A stretch of 64,000 nt of DNA from Mobula hypostoma (Eukaryota), in assembly GCF_963921235.1 (NCBI RefSeq), contig NC_086115.1:15748001-15812000 (forward strand), written 5' to 3'. The translations under genes were made by a program, and so were the position numbers. How positions within the stretch are numbered: position 1 is the first letter of the stretch; each line of letters opens with the position of its first letter. The notes beneath the pieces were generated by a model. The model was not told the DNA's origin. It searched no databases and worked only from the letters and a program-made list of their open reading frames with translations. Shown here piece by piece: positions 1-10,810 of the stretch.

Positions 1-853
1 ATCTGAAACGAATGGCTTTTAATGGGGAATGGAGTAGTTGTACATTTGTCTGATGCTGCCGCAGTGGTCTGCTAGCTAGATGCCACTAGTTAACTGTTCA
101 GTGGCACTACCTTGGTTATCAGAATTCTGAATGATGAGTAATCTGTATAAGTGGCTAAGGACCATCTATCTGATACAGCAGAACCACGTTGAGGCCACTG
201 CTTGGGGCAAATAATACTGAGTCTGAGCTTGTCTTCATGTGTCTTCGGCCAAACTGCAAAGTTCGAAGTAAATTTACTATGGAAAGTATATATGTCACAT
301 ATACAACCTTGAGATTCCTTCACAGTAAACACAAACAAAAGAATAATAAATCTTGAACATGAGATGAAGAGTCCTTGAAAGTGAGTCCATAGGTTGTGGG
401 AGCAGTTCAGTGATGGTGTGAGCCAAGTTTGAGAGGCCTCTGATTTGAGAGCCTGATGGTGGATGGGTGTAGATTGTTTGGGGTTCCTGTTTCTTGCTGC
501 CAAGCATTCTTGTTCCTTTTATTGCTGTTGCCAACAGTAGAGACCTCCAAAAAACATTACCAACAGGAGCAGGAATATGTTATTCACCCCTTCCTATTCA
601 ACAACACCATGGTCTATTCAAACACATTTTCCAGCCAATTTGACCAGATCTGGATCTGTCAGTCAGTGGGAGATATCACCCTCTTTTCAAGCTATTCAGT
701 GTTTAAACATCTTGGGCAAATTACCAGAGCAACATTGTCCATTCTTCTGTAAACAACTCCCAGTAAAAGATGGTGTCTATTGATGTTTAGTTATTATGGA
801 TGGTGGATGTGAGTATATCTCTGCTCTATTGTGCTGTTCTTGCTGTGTTACAG

Positions 854-1046
854 TTTGGTGGGCGGACTTCTCACACTGAGCCCAGATTACTGCTTCGTGT
901 TGGAAGATGAGGGCAGTATATGTGGCTATGCCCTTGGCACGGTGGATGTGAAACCATATGCTAGAAAGTGTAAAGTTTCCTGGATACCTGCTATGCGGGA
1001 GAAATATGTTAAACCAGAAACTAATAAAGAACTCTCAGAACAACAG
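854..1046 (+). CDS. OGA: OGA third-last coding exon (193 nt)
   Basis: Acceptor gtgttacag|T at 853/854, donor CAG|gtaatt at 1046/1047; encodes [28 protein letters not shown]... Confidence 0.93.
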
Positions 1047-4000
1047 GTAATTTCTCATTAAGTTGACTTGCTGTAAATTTATTGTTTTAAGAGAAGAAAC
1101 TGCAACAATTAAAGACATTGGATTCTTGTAAAGGCATGGCTGCAGCAGGCAACTCACAGCCCATCATGTCTGCACCAACCATGCATTAACCTTTCGTTTA
1201 CACTAATCCTATTTTGTTCCCACATTTCCACATTCCCAAACCCGACTCCCAAGATTTTGCCACTCACTAAAAGACAATGTGCCACAAGAAATTCCATACC
1301 CTTTGAAAGCTCTCCTCATGAATTGCCATGGTCCCCTGCCTAGTTGTAGGGGCTGAATACGGTTTGGCCAAATCAATGTTGCATTAAGCTTCTGTCACCT
1401 TTGAAGATTTGTGCATTTATACTGTAGACCTCGGCGACCTTGAACCCCCTTTAGAAATGAACGATATATTTCACTACTTTATTTTTTCTATACCTTGCAT
1501 ATATTTTAATTTAGTTTTTATTATGTATCTCAATGTACAGGTGCTCCAAAACATTTCACGGCATATGCCAGAGATATTAAACCTGATGCAAATTCTTAAT
1601 TTTCCAACCAAAATACATGATTTTGCGCTATTAAATTTAATCACTTACATTGCCAACCCACCAGACTGTCCAGACCTTATTTGCCTGTCCTGGAGTTTTC
1701 GTTTCTGGTATTGTAGCCAATGAACCTAATTCAGGGTCATATACCCTTCTACAAGCTGGAAAAACAACCATTCACTGTGCTTTGCTAAATTATCAGGAAG
1801 ATTTCCCCTGTGTCACCAACTGGCCTCTTTTAAATTATGGGCTTTTGTTTGGCTAGTAAGATTGCTTGTCATCAGTTGCTTTCTGAAAGTCTTTATCTGC
1901 ATGAAGCTTGTTCTCATCAGCACAATGCTGGAGGGAACTAAAAGTCTGGTGGCATCTGTGGAAGGGAATAATCATTGTTTCAGGTCAAGACCCTTCATCT
2001 GTTTATTCCTGTCCAGAGATGCTGCTGACTTGTTGAGTTCCTGCAGTATTATGTGTGTGTTGTTCAGGATTTCCAGCACCTGCAGAATCTGTTTTTGTCT
2101 AAATCGACATCTGGTGCTTTATCATATTTTGAAATTTTGCCTCTAGACTCTATAAAGTTCAGTCGCTATTTTGCAGTGGTGTTGAGTAAACAGCCATGTT
2201 CATTGTTCTTTGTGGCAGAAAGCTTGGCCAAACACTGGTCTTTAGTTATCATCTTCGTGAACTTCCCTTTCAGTGCTACAAGCCTGCACAGCATAATTGC
2301 ACCATGTGACCAATTAACCTACTAACCTGTAGTATTTGCAATATGGAAGCAAACTAGGCCACCCGGAGGAAGCCCATGTGGTCACAGGGAGATGGCAGTG
2401 GAATTAAACCTGGGAGACTGGAGCTATAATAGTGTTACATTAATTGCTACACTCATGTGCCACCCAAAATTTTTGTTGCCGTAACTTGGTGTACTTCTAT
2501 TCTTTGATGCTTAAGAGGTTGGAGTTTGATCAATCTTCATGCCTTTCGGTGTCTTCCAGCACTCAAAAGACATCCACATTTCACACTTGGTATTAGCCAA
2601 TCCATTGATGTCTGAAGGGGGCAGTGAGTACAGTCAGTTAGGGAAGAGGCTGCAGAGTGTGACCTCCAAAAGTAATTTCTGCATTATTCCCACGTGCTAG
2701 TCGGGGCAGTAACAGGGTGGTAGCACAGATGAATGAATGGGTAAGGAACTGGTGAAAGGGGCTGGGTTTCTGATTTCTCGATCATAGGGATCTCTTGTAC
2801 ATATAGGATGGTTACACCTGAATTTGATTGGGACCATTCATTATACTTGCAGGTGACGGGAGTTGTATACTCGCCCCTGAACAGTAGCTGGGATGCAGGA
2901 TATAAATGTCAATGGGGAAGTAGAAAAAAGGCATGAATAATCACGCGGAAATTTCAATGTGCAGGTAGTTTAGGAAAATCAGGTTGGTGCTGAATCTAGA
3001 GAGTAAATTTGTAGAATGCCTGAGATGACTTTTTAGAGCAGCTTGTGGTTAAGCCCACTTGGGGAATCAGCTAATCTGCAGTGGGTGTTGTGTAATAAAC
3101 CAGATTCAATTAGGGAGCTAAAGGAAAGGAGATAGTGATCATAATATAATAGGTTCCACCCTGTAGTATGAGAAGATAAATCAGATATATCTGTATTACA
3201 GTGAAGTAAATGGTTCCTTAAGCTTGTCATAGCTGGGCTGAGTAGTGGGGATGAGCTCCTTTACCCATAAAATGCTCCCAATGGCTTGTATCTCAAATGG
3301 CCTCTGACAACCAAGTTCGGTTTCTGACCTTCACGTGTGGCTTAGCTACTAAGCCTAGCAGAACTGACAGGAGAAGGGGCAAATGCAGGTTAATGAGGCA
3401 TTAAAACCAGTTGCTTTGGGTAGATGGAGCTCGTCAGCTGTAGATGGCAGCTTTATTAGAAGGAAGACTTGATCATAAAACCACAGTTGCCTTGCGGCTA
3501 TACCCACTCATGGGGAAGACCAGAAGTATACCCTGGGGAAAAATCCGGATCTGGATTCCCTCAGGCAGTTGTACATTGAGTTCAATGCTGACTGGCAACA
3601 CTTTGCGTTGTTGCTGTGCCAGACTGTATTGGTCCCTACCATTCCTTTGGGTTCATCAGCTGCTTGGTGAGGGGGAGCCTGCTGCATGGGCTATAGCTTG
3701 CTCTCCGTATTGTACTGCCCTAGCTCACATATCATGTAGATGGCTAGGACACAACGTCCATCGTTGACCCTGATCAATAGAGGGCCGATGTAAAGGAATG
3801 AGAGAGGAGCGGTTTGAGGTTGATTGGAAGGGGACACCAGTAGGGATGATGGTGGAACGATAATGGCTGGAGTTTCTGGGGGCAGTCCCCACATGCAAGA
3901 GAAATACATCTCAAAGAAAAGTATTCTAAAGGCAGCATAAAAGGAAAAGGAAGAGCATATAACAAAAATTGGTGGGACGTTAAGAGGATTGGGAAGCTTT

Positions 4001-7000
4001 TTTTTAAAAAAAAACAGGCAACTAAAAACGTGAGAGAAAAGAGGAAATATGAGGGTAAGGTAGCCAGGAATATCAGAAGATACCAGATGTTTATTCAGAT
4101 AGATCACAATTAAGAGGTGATAAGATATTGGTCAGACTACACTTGGAATATTGAGCAGTTTTGGCTCCTTATCTAAGAATGTAGTGGTATTGGAGAGGGT
4201 TCAGAGGAGATTCAGGAGAATGATTCCAGGAATGAAAGGAAACGTTTGGCTCTGGGCCTGTACTGTTTGGAGTTCAGAAAAATGAGGAGGGGGTGGGTGG
4301 GTGTTCTCAGTGAAACCTATCGAAAGGCCTACATAATGTGGATGTGGAGAGGATGTTTCCTATAGTGAGTGAGTCTCGGACCAGGCTCAGAATAGAGGCA
4401 CGTCCATTCAGAAGAGATGGGAAGGGATTTCTTTCACCAGAGGGTGATGAATCTGACTTCATTGGCCAAGCTATTGAATATATATAAAGGGAAGGTTGAT
4501 AGGTTCTTGGTTAGTTATGGCGTCAAAGGATGTGGAGAGAAAAAAGGCAGGAGAAAGGAGCTGAGAAGGATAATAAATCAGCTATGATTTAATGGTGGAA
4601 CAGACTTGATAGGCTGAGTGGCCTAATTTTGCACCCTTGTTTTATGGACTGTGCTGACTTTCACTTAAGTTTTATAGAATCTTTGCCATTACTCATTCTC
4701 TGTCCTGCTAAACAGTTACACTGAGTGAGCCTTTAACTTCTTGTCTTTGCTTCCCTCAGAAAATGATGCTGAGCTTCCATGAAGAGCAGCAAGGATTGCC
4801 AGAAAACTTCCTCGCCACCTTTCCCTCGCTAATTAAAGTGGATGTCCACTCGAAGGTGACAGACCCAAGTGTGGCTAAAAGTATGATGGGCTGTTTGCTT
4901 TCTTCCTTAAAAGCCAATGGTAAGGGCCAGTGTCTCCTTTACTGCAACTGCTCTGTAGGTGGTTCAGTAATCTCCTGGGTATTCATTGTTTCCCGGGGCA
5001 GGCTGTTTGCTAAGTTGGTATAATTTAAAAATTTCAAATAGAATTAAAGTAGTAAGTTACTGTGTAATTCATTACTTCACAGTATTTCAATGTTATTGTG
5101 TAATACTGTTGTCTGACTTTAAATACCGGTTTTCTTAAGGAAGCTAGGAACCCCAAAAAGGTAGGAAGAGAGCGGTGAACTGGGTGCAACACACATCAAA
5201 GTTGCTGGTGAACGCAGCAGGCCAGGCAGCATCTCTAGGAAGAGGTACAGTCGACATTTCGGGCCGAGACCCTTCGTCAGGACTAACTGAAGGAAGAGCT
5301 AGTAAGAGATTTGAAAGTGGGAGGGGGAGATCCAAAATGACAGGAGAAGACAGGAGGGTGAGGGATGGAGCCAAGAGCTGGACAGGTGATTGGCAAAAGG
5401 GACATGAGAGGAACATAGGACAGGAGGCCTAGGGAGAAGGAAAAAGAGGAGGGGGGGAACCCAGGGGATGGGCAAGGGGTATAGTCAGAGGGAGAAAAAG
5501 GAAAGAGAGAGAAAGAATGTGTGTATATAAATAAATAACGGATGGGGTACGAGGGGGAGGTGGGGCAATAGCGGAAGTTAGAGAAGTCAATGTTCATGCC
5601 ATCGGGTTGGAGGCTACCCAGACGGAATATAAGATGTTGTTCCTCCAGCCTGAGTGTGGCTTCATCTTGACAGTAGAAGAGGCCGTGGATAGACATATCA
5701 GAATGGGAATGGGACGTGGAATTAAAATGTGTGGCCACTGGGAGATCCTGCTTTCTCTGGGGGACAGAGCGTAGGTGTTCAGCAAAACGATCTCCCAGTC
5801 TGCGTCGGGTCTCGCCAATATATAGAAGGCCACATCGGGAGCACCGGACGCAGTATATCACCCCAGCCGACTCACAGGTGAAGTGTCGCCTCACCTGGAA
5901 GGACTGTCTGGGGCCCTGAATGGTGGTGAGGGAGGAAGTGTAAGGGCATGTGTAGCACTTGTTCCGCTTACAAGGATAAGTGCCAGGAGGGAGATCAGTG
6001 GGGAGGGATGGGGGGGACGAATGGACAAGGGAGTCGCATAGGGAGCGATCCCTGCGGAATGCGGGGGGGGGGGAGGGAAAGATGTGCTTAGTGGTGGGAT
6101 CCCGTTGGAGGTGGAACTGGGTGGCTTGTTTAGTGCTGGGGCCTATTTGTTGTATGTTGAAAATAGAAACCTGTGCAATATTTCTGTGTGGATTTCCCCT
6201 GGTTGCTCCAGTTTCCTCTGATCGTCAAAAGATGTACCATTTGGTAGGTTAGTTGGTCATTGTAAATTGTCCCAGGATTGGGCTCGGATTAAGTTGGGGA
6301 ATTACTGGGCAGCATGGCTCCAAGGGCTGATTCCGCACTGCATGTCAATAAATAGTTTATCATTATCTGTTGCTAGAGCTATCAGACCAAAATTCATTCA
6401 AAGTTTCAGAGTACATTTATTATCAAAGTATCTATGCAGAATATAATCCTGTACGAAGCCACAAAGCCATTTAAACCCATCAAAACATCAAATACCTAAC
6501 GTGCGAGAAAAGAACAAATCATGCAAATCAAAAATAACACAGAATATTGAACATCAAACCACAGTCCACAAATGACAGCTACCAAGTCAGTTCAGCTTAG
6601 TGACCGCAGGCCTCAGCTGTAGAGCCACTTCTGCACTGAATAGCCTTGATCAAATTGCGCAAGTAACAAACACATGGAGCATGAACTGCAGATTCCTCCA
6701 AAAATGAGTTCACAACTGTGGAGCATGTTCAGTGCTGAGGACATTAAATATCAAACTGCAAAATCCCATAGCCATGAGCTGCGCCAAGGCAATCGAATGG
6801 GCCACCTTCCTCTGGCAGTGGTGAATGGGAGATCAGTCACACGTAGGCAGATTGCACCAAACCTCCGCTCATCTTCAGCTCTTGTTCTCGTTACAATCTT
6901 GCTCAACACTTGGTGAGGAGTAATAGAGCCAACCATTTCATCTTCCACCATTGGGAAACGATGGCTGCACTCTCCACTCTCAATCTCATCAAGATGTAAA

Positions 7001-8597
7001 TTATTGGATGTGACCAGTCGCAGTTCAGGAGAAGCATATTTAAGAGCACAAGTAATGTTTTGAGCTGTTGGTCGTGTCGGTCACTGGCGCCATCATGTAT
7101 CTTCACATGCATTTCTGACAAAGTGGTTGAAATTATGGACTTCAGTTACGTTGGCTCCTGTTATCTATGTAACCTTTAATTCTTCGAATCCTGTAGAGAG
7201 TTTAGCTGAGGTGCTTAAACATGCACTTTGTTTTGTGTTTAGTAACTCAAGCAGTGCCTGCAGCTTCCTGGTTCATAATCTAGTAGCTTATCTTGTTTGT
7301 GGTAAACAACGATTTTTTAGATAATGTTAATTTAAATCATTACCCAATCTTTAGTTGCATGGCTTTTATTCAAACATTAAGTATCAGGACTGCAGTCATT
7401 GGTTTACACTGTTTTAAATGCAAGGTCAATTCCTTTGGAAGTAACAACATTGGGTTAAACTGATAACTAATACCACTGGCAGAGAAAAATTGATTCTCTC
7501 CTGCAACAAATGGTAATGACCAGTGCGTGGCTCACAGCTGACATTTCAGGGTGACAGTCTGTCAGTAAGAGTGTTCATTCTCTCTTCTCCCCTCCCCCAC
7601 TGGGCAGAAGATGCACAAGCCTGTGAATACATACCACCAGGCTTGAGCGAGTTCTGTGCTGCTGTTAGCAGATTCTTCAACGGACATCTTGTACTTTAAG
7701 ACTGACTCTTGGCCTCTCAATCTTCCTCGTTATGATCTTGCACTTTATCAGTTAGCTGCACTACACCTTTTTGGTAGCTTTTACACTATTCTCCATTGTT
7801 GTTTTACCTTTAATCTAGTTGAATGCATGTATATTCTGATCTGTATGAACAGTATGCAAGACAAGTATTTCACTATCAGTACATGTGACAATAATAAGCC
7901 CACACAAAAGCCAGGAATCCATAAATCAATGGGCAATGGGTCTTGTGTGTCCCTAAGACAGTGTGGGGGAAGGGACTCTGGTCCTGTCACAGTCGATATA
8001 AGGATGAACCTGCATGCACTTACATAAAATTTATTTAGCACACTCTACATAGCGAAACATCAAGACACTTCACGAGACATTACACAGTTAGATCTAAGGT
8101 GTTGACACAAGTAAAACACCTAGGTTCTATTCCTGTCGCTGCTAGTAAGGAGTTTGTGCATTCTCCCTGTGACCCTGTGGATTTCCTCCGGGTGCTCTGG
8201 TTTCCTCCCAGTCCAAAGACGTACTGGTTGGTAGGTGAACTGGTCATTCTAAACTGTCTCATGACTAGGCTAGGGTTAAATCAGGGGTTGCTGGTCACAG
8301 GTCATCGGGCCAGAACGGCCTGTCCCACACTAGCTATTAAATGGTGTCACTGAAGCCTTTTGAGGTCAGCAGGCGTGAGTGGTTCGTCTCCTGCATGTGA
8401 ATGTTGGTGATGCCATTTTCCACTGCCAGCTGTAAACACTATTGTTTTCTTCCCATTCAGGATCTCGAGGAGCGTTCTGTGAAGTAAGACCCAACGACAG
8501 GCGTGGTTTGGAGTTCTACAGCAAACTGGGCTTCCTGGAGTTGGCCAGGATGGAGGGATTTCCGAAAGAGATGTTGGTGCTGGGAAGGAATTTGTAA
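854..8597 (+). CDS. OGA: Protein O-GlcNAcase, 3' part (C-terminal pseudo-HAT domain); join(854..1046,4760..4919,8461..8597); upstream exons lie outside the window
   Basis: Three AG/GT-bounded exons (193, 160, 137 nt) splice in frame: [32 protein letters not shown]...ELSEQQ|[10 protein letters not shown]...[22 protein letters not shown]|[10 protein letters not shown]...LGRNL*, matching the vertebrate OGA/MGEA5 C-terminus as recalled. Confidence 0.95.
3240..3790 (+). mobile_element. RTE-like non-autonomous repeat (second partial copy about 45770-46200)
   Basis: Shared blocks GATGGAGCTCGTCAGC, TTGCGGC(T/C)ATACCCACTC, AAATCCGGA.CTGGA between the two copies; family label from recall. Confidence 0.5.
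4760..4919 (+). CDS. OGA: OGA penultimate coding exon (160 nt)
   Basis: Acceptor ttccctcag|AAA, donor AATG|gtaag; encodes [54 protein letters not shown]. Confidence 0.95.
5187..6113 (-). mobile_element. 5'-truncated Penelope-like element (GIY-YIG end plus pseudo-LTR)
   Basis: ORF ...[22 protein letters not shown]...[13 protein letters not shown]; 10-bp TSD GAACTGGGTG (5177-5186, 6114-6123). Confidence 0.9.
5249..5284 (-). ncRNA. Minimal hammerhead-ribozyme motif in PLE pseudo-LTR (best-preserved stem I)
   Basis: Minus strand AGTC-CTGACGA-A-GGGT-CTCG-GCCC-GAAA-TGTC^GACT: stem I AGTC/GACT, core CUGANGA and GAAA, stem II, GUC cleavage triplet. Confidence 0.65.
8090..8310 (+). mobile_element. 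V-SINE/HE1-like SINE copy (others near 6130-6350, 13590-13830, 34480-34740, 38560-38820, 39310-39560, 45100-45340, 50080-50250, 61080-61330)
   Basis: GAGTTTGT..TTCTCCC.GTGACC..GTGGATTTCCTCCGGGTGCTC.GGTTTCCTCCCA..CCAAAGACGT core repeated across the window. Confidence 0.7.
8461..8597 (+). CDS. OGA: OGA terminal coding exon (137 nt including TAA)
   Basis: Acceptor cccattcag|GA; encodes (G)[44 protein letters not shown]. Not in the supplied ORF track. Confidence 0.95.
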
Positions 8598-10589
8598 CGG
8601 GCAGCCTCTTCATTGTAGTGTAATTAAAGGATGTGTATAATTAAATGTATCTAAATTTAGCCTTAAACTGAATAATGTGTTTAGTAATATTTTATATTTT
8701 AACTTTTTAAAATGTGCAATACACAGTGAGCTCCAGAAGGATCTTTTGAAGTTGGTGACCCTCCACTGATGCAATAACAGCATTGCCTTGTCTCCTTTTC
8801 CTTCTGATATTTCAAGCCAGCCCTTCATCCCCACCCCTGCCCCCTTCACATCTCTCACAAATATTGGACAGTTGACATGTGTCTTACCTAGAATGGGGAA
8901 CCTGGTGGTAGAGTAGATGGCTTAGTCCTCTGTATCCTTGCAGTGATGATTCTCCACTGCCTGACAGCAGCCCTTGATCACGGTGTGGACTTGCTCTTAA
9001 ACAAGTACTTTGCTGTCACAACTTGGCTGTGTCGATGACTGTTCCTATGCAGGAGTAATCGGGGTACTTAATCCCTGGAGCTCAGTTCATTTTCACTAAG
9101 TGAGACTTTCGGGCTTCAGCTGGCAATGGAAGTATTTGCTGTCTGCAGCTCATGCACATCTGTGAAAACTAATGACCTTTCGATACCTCTGAATGCATTT
9201 TATATGGTGATTCTCAGTCGGAATGGTTAACGGAATTGCTCTCTGCAGAGAGGAACAAGCTCGATGTTGGAAATGAGTGTCACACTGCTGGGATGCACAC
9301 TGGGTCTGTTAATATCTGTAGAGAAAGATGGGCTAATAATTTGGGTGCATCAACTTAATTAAATGTACATGAAATGGTTGAGTGTGATGGGAGAGCTCCC
9401 TGTCTACACCATCTGAAGTGATCCCGACTGGGTTTACTGGCACTTACTGAAAGCAAACTAGCCCGAGTTTCTTTAACCCCATCATTTCTGTCTGCTGTTT
9501 TTGAGAGCTGATGCCTTGTAAACACCAGTGGGGCTTCTGATGCAGGTTTTAGTCTGAGATGTGAGTAGTCTAAGCTGCTGGCTCACGGTGAGTGGGGTTT
9601 CCAACATCTGTAGCTGCCCATCGGTGACCATTTGAAAAGCTGAACAACTTGGCAGTGGATTAGAGAACGGAAGAGCATTAACCTTATTGCAACTGGACTG
9701 GACGATGAAGCTGACATGTCAAATTCATCTTTTAGACATGTGGCCAGTGTACCTTCATCTAAAAGAATTACAGCCACTCTTGTAATGAGAGATGTTGAGG
9801 CTAGGTTCATAGCTTGAGGTGGTGAGAACCAGCACCAGAAATGCATTGCTGAGCATCTTGTGGCAAAACAGCTCCTAACACTCAAAACTGGAAAGAGTTC
9901 GGGAAGGATGTCCCTCCCCCAACTTGAAGGACAGTTGTCAGAAGAGACTGGCCAGGCTAAGACTTCCTTTTGGAAGCCTTGTTTAAAATCATAATGGGTA
10001 TAGATGGTGAATATCTGCTGTCTTATTCCCACGTCGGGGAGTGTACAAGGCATAGGTTTAAGATGAAAGGGGAAAGAACTAATACTAACTTGAAGGTCAA
10101 TTATTTTTACACAGGGTGGTAAAAAAGTTACCAGAGGAAGTCTTTGAGGCAGTTCCTGTTGCTGACATTGAAGAGACACTTTAATTAGAAAAGTTGAGGG
10201 ATATGAGTCACAGGTGAATGGGACTAGCTGGGATGGGTATCTTGGACAGTCTAGATGAGTTGAGCTGAGGAGCCTGTTTCTATTGTTGTCTTTCACTATG
10301 CTTGCCTTGCAGACCATACAGTTTGAAGTGTTAAAGGTATGAATAACTTGTCTTTAACACTTCGCTGTCCATTATGTAGAGAAAAATGTCATTGAAAATC
10401 CAGAGATCTGGGCAGGGATAGGGTCAGGTGCCCGAGCATTTTATATGGGGTTTGAAATTCCACTCAGATGTTAGGATATGGGTGCAGTACTTTTTAGTGT
10501 GAGCAAGTAAATGGGTGCCAGGCATTCAGAGCTCTGATGCCTGAACAACCAGTTTGTTCCAATACTTAATCCTCAGTCACATCACAAAT

Positions 10590-10810
10590 GTGATTATTTT
10601 CAGAGAGATTCTGCAGATGCTGGAAATCCAGAGCAACACTCCAATGCTGGAGGAACTCAGCAGATCAAGCGACATCTATGCAATGGAAGAAACAGTCAAT
10701 GTTTTGGGCTGAAACCCTTTAGCATGAATCTTGATATAGGGTCTCACCCCGAAATGTTGACTGTTCATTTCCTCCACTGATGTTGCCTGACCAGCATTTT
10801 GTTACAAATG
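10590..10810. repeat. Degenerate inverted PLE-terminus repeat (similar copies near 1920-2095, 12893-13016, 13850-13950, 31790-32400, 37660-37900, 42700-42880, 48060-48190, 62500-62730)
   Basis: CTGCAGATGCTGG...CAGTCAATGTTTTGGGCTGAAACCC...GGGTCTCACCCCGAAATGTTGACTG motif in both orientations. Confidence 0.7.

Noticed and set aside
3290-3370. Possible HDV-like ribozyme in the RTE-like repeat (TTCACGT heptamer followed by GGCTTAG-CTA-CTAAGCC hairpin)
   Set aside because: Could not fit P3 or P1 pairing and spacing is too short for the nested double pseudoknot.
9583-10317. 244-aa minus-strand ORF
   Set aside because: About 40% is the antisense of a CR1 3' fragment (9990-10290); no recognisable domain or splice context.
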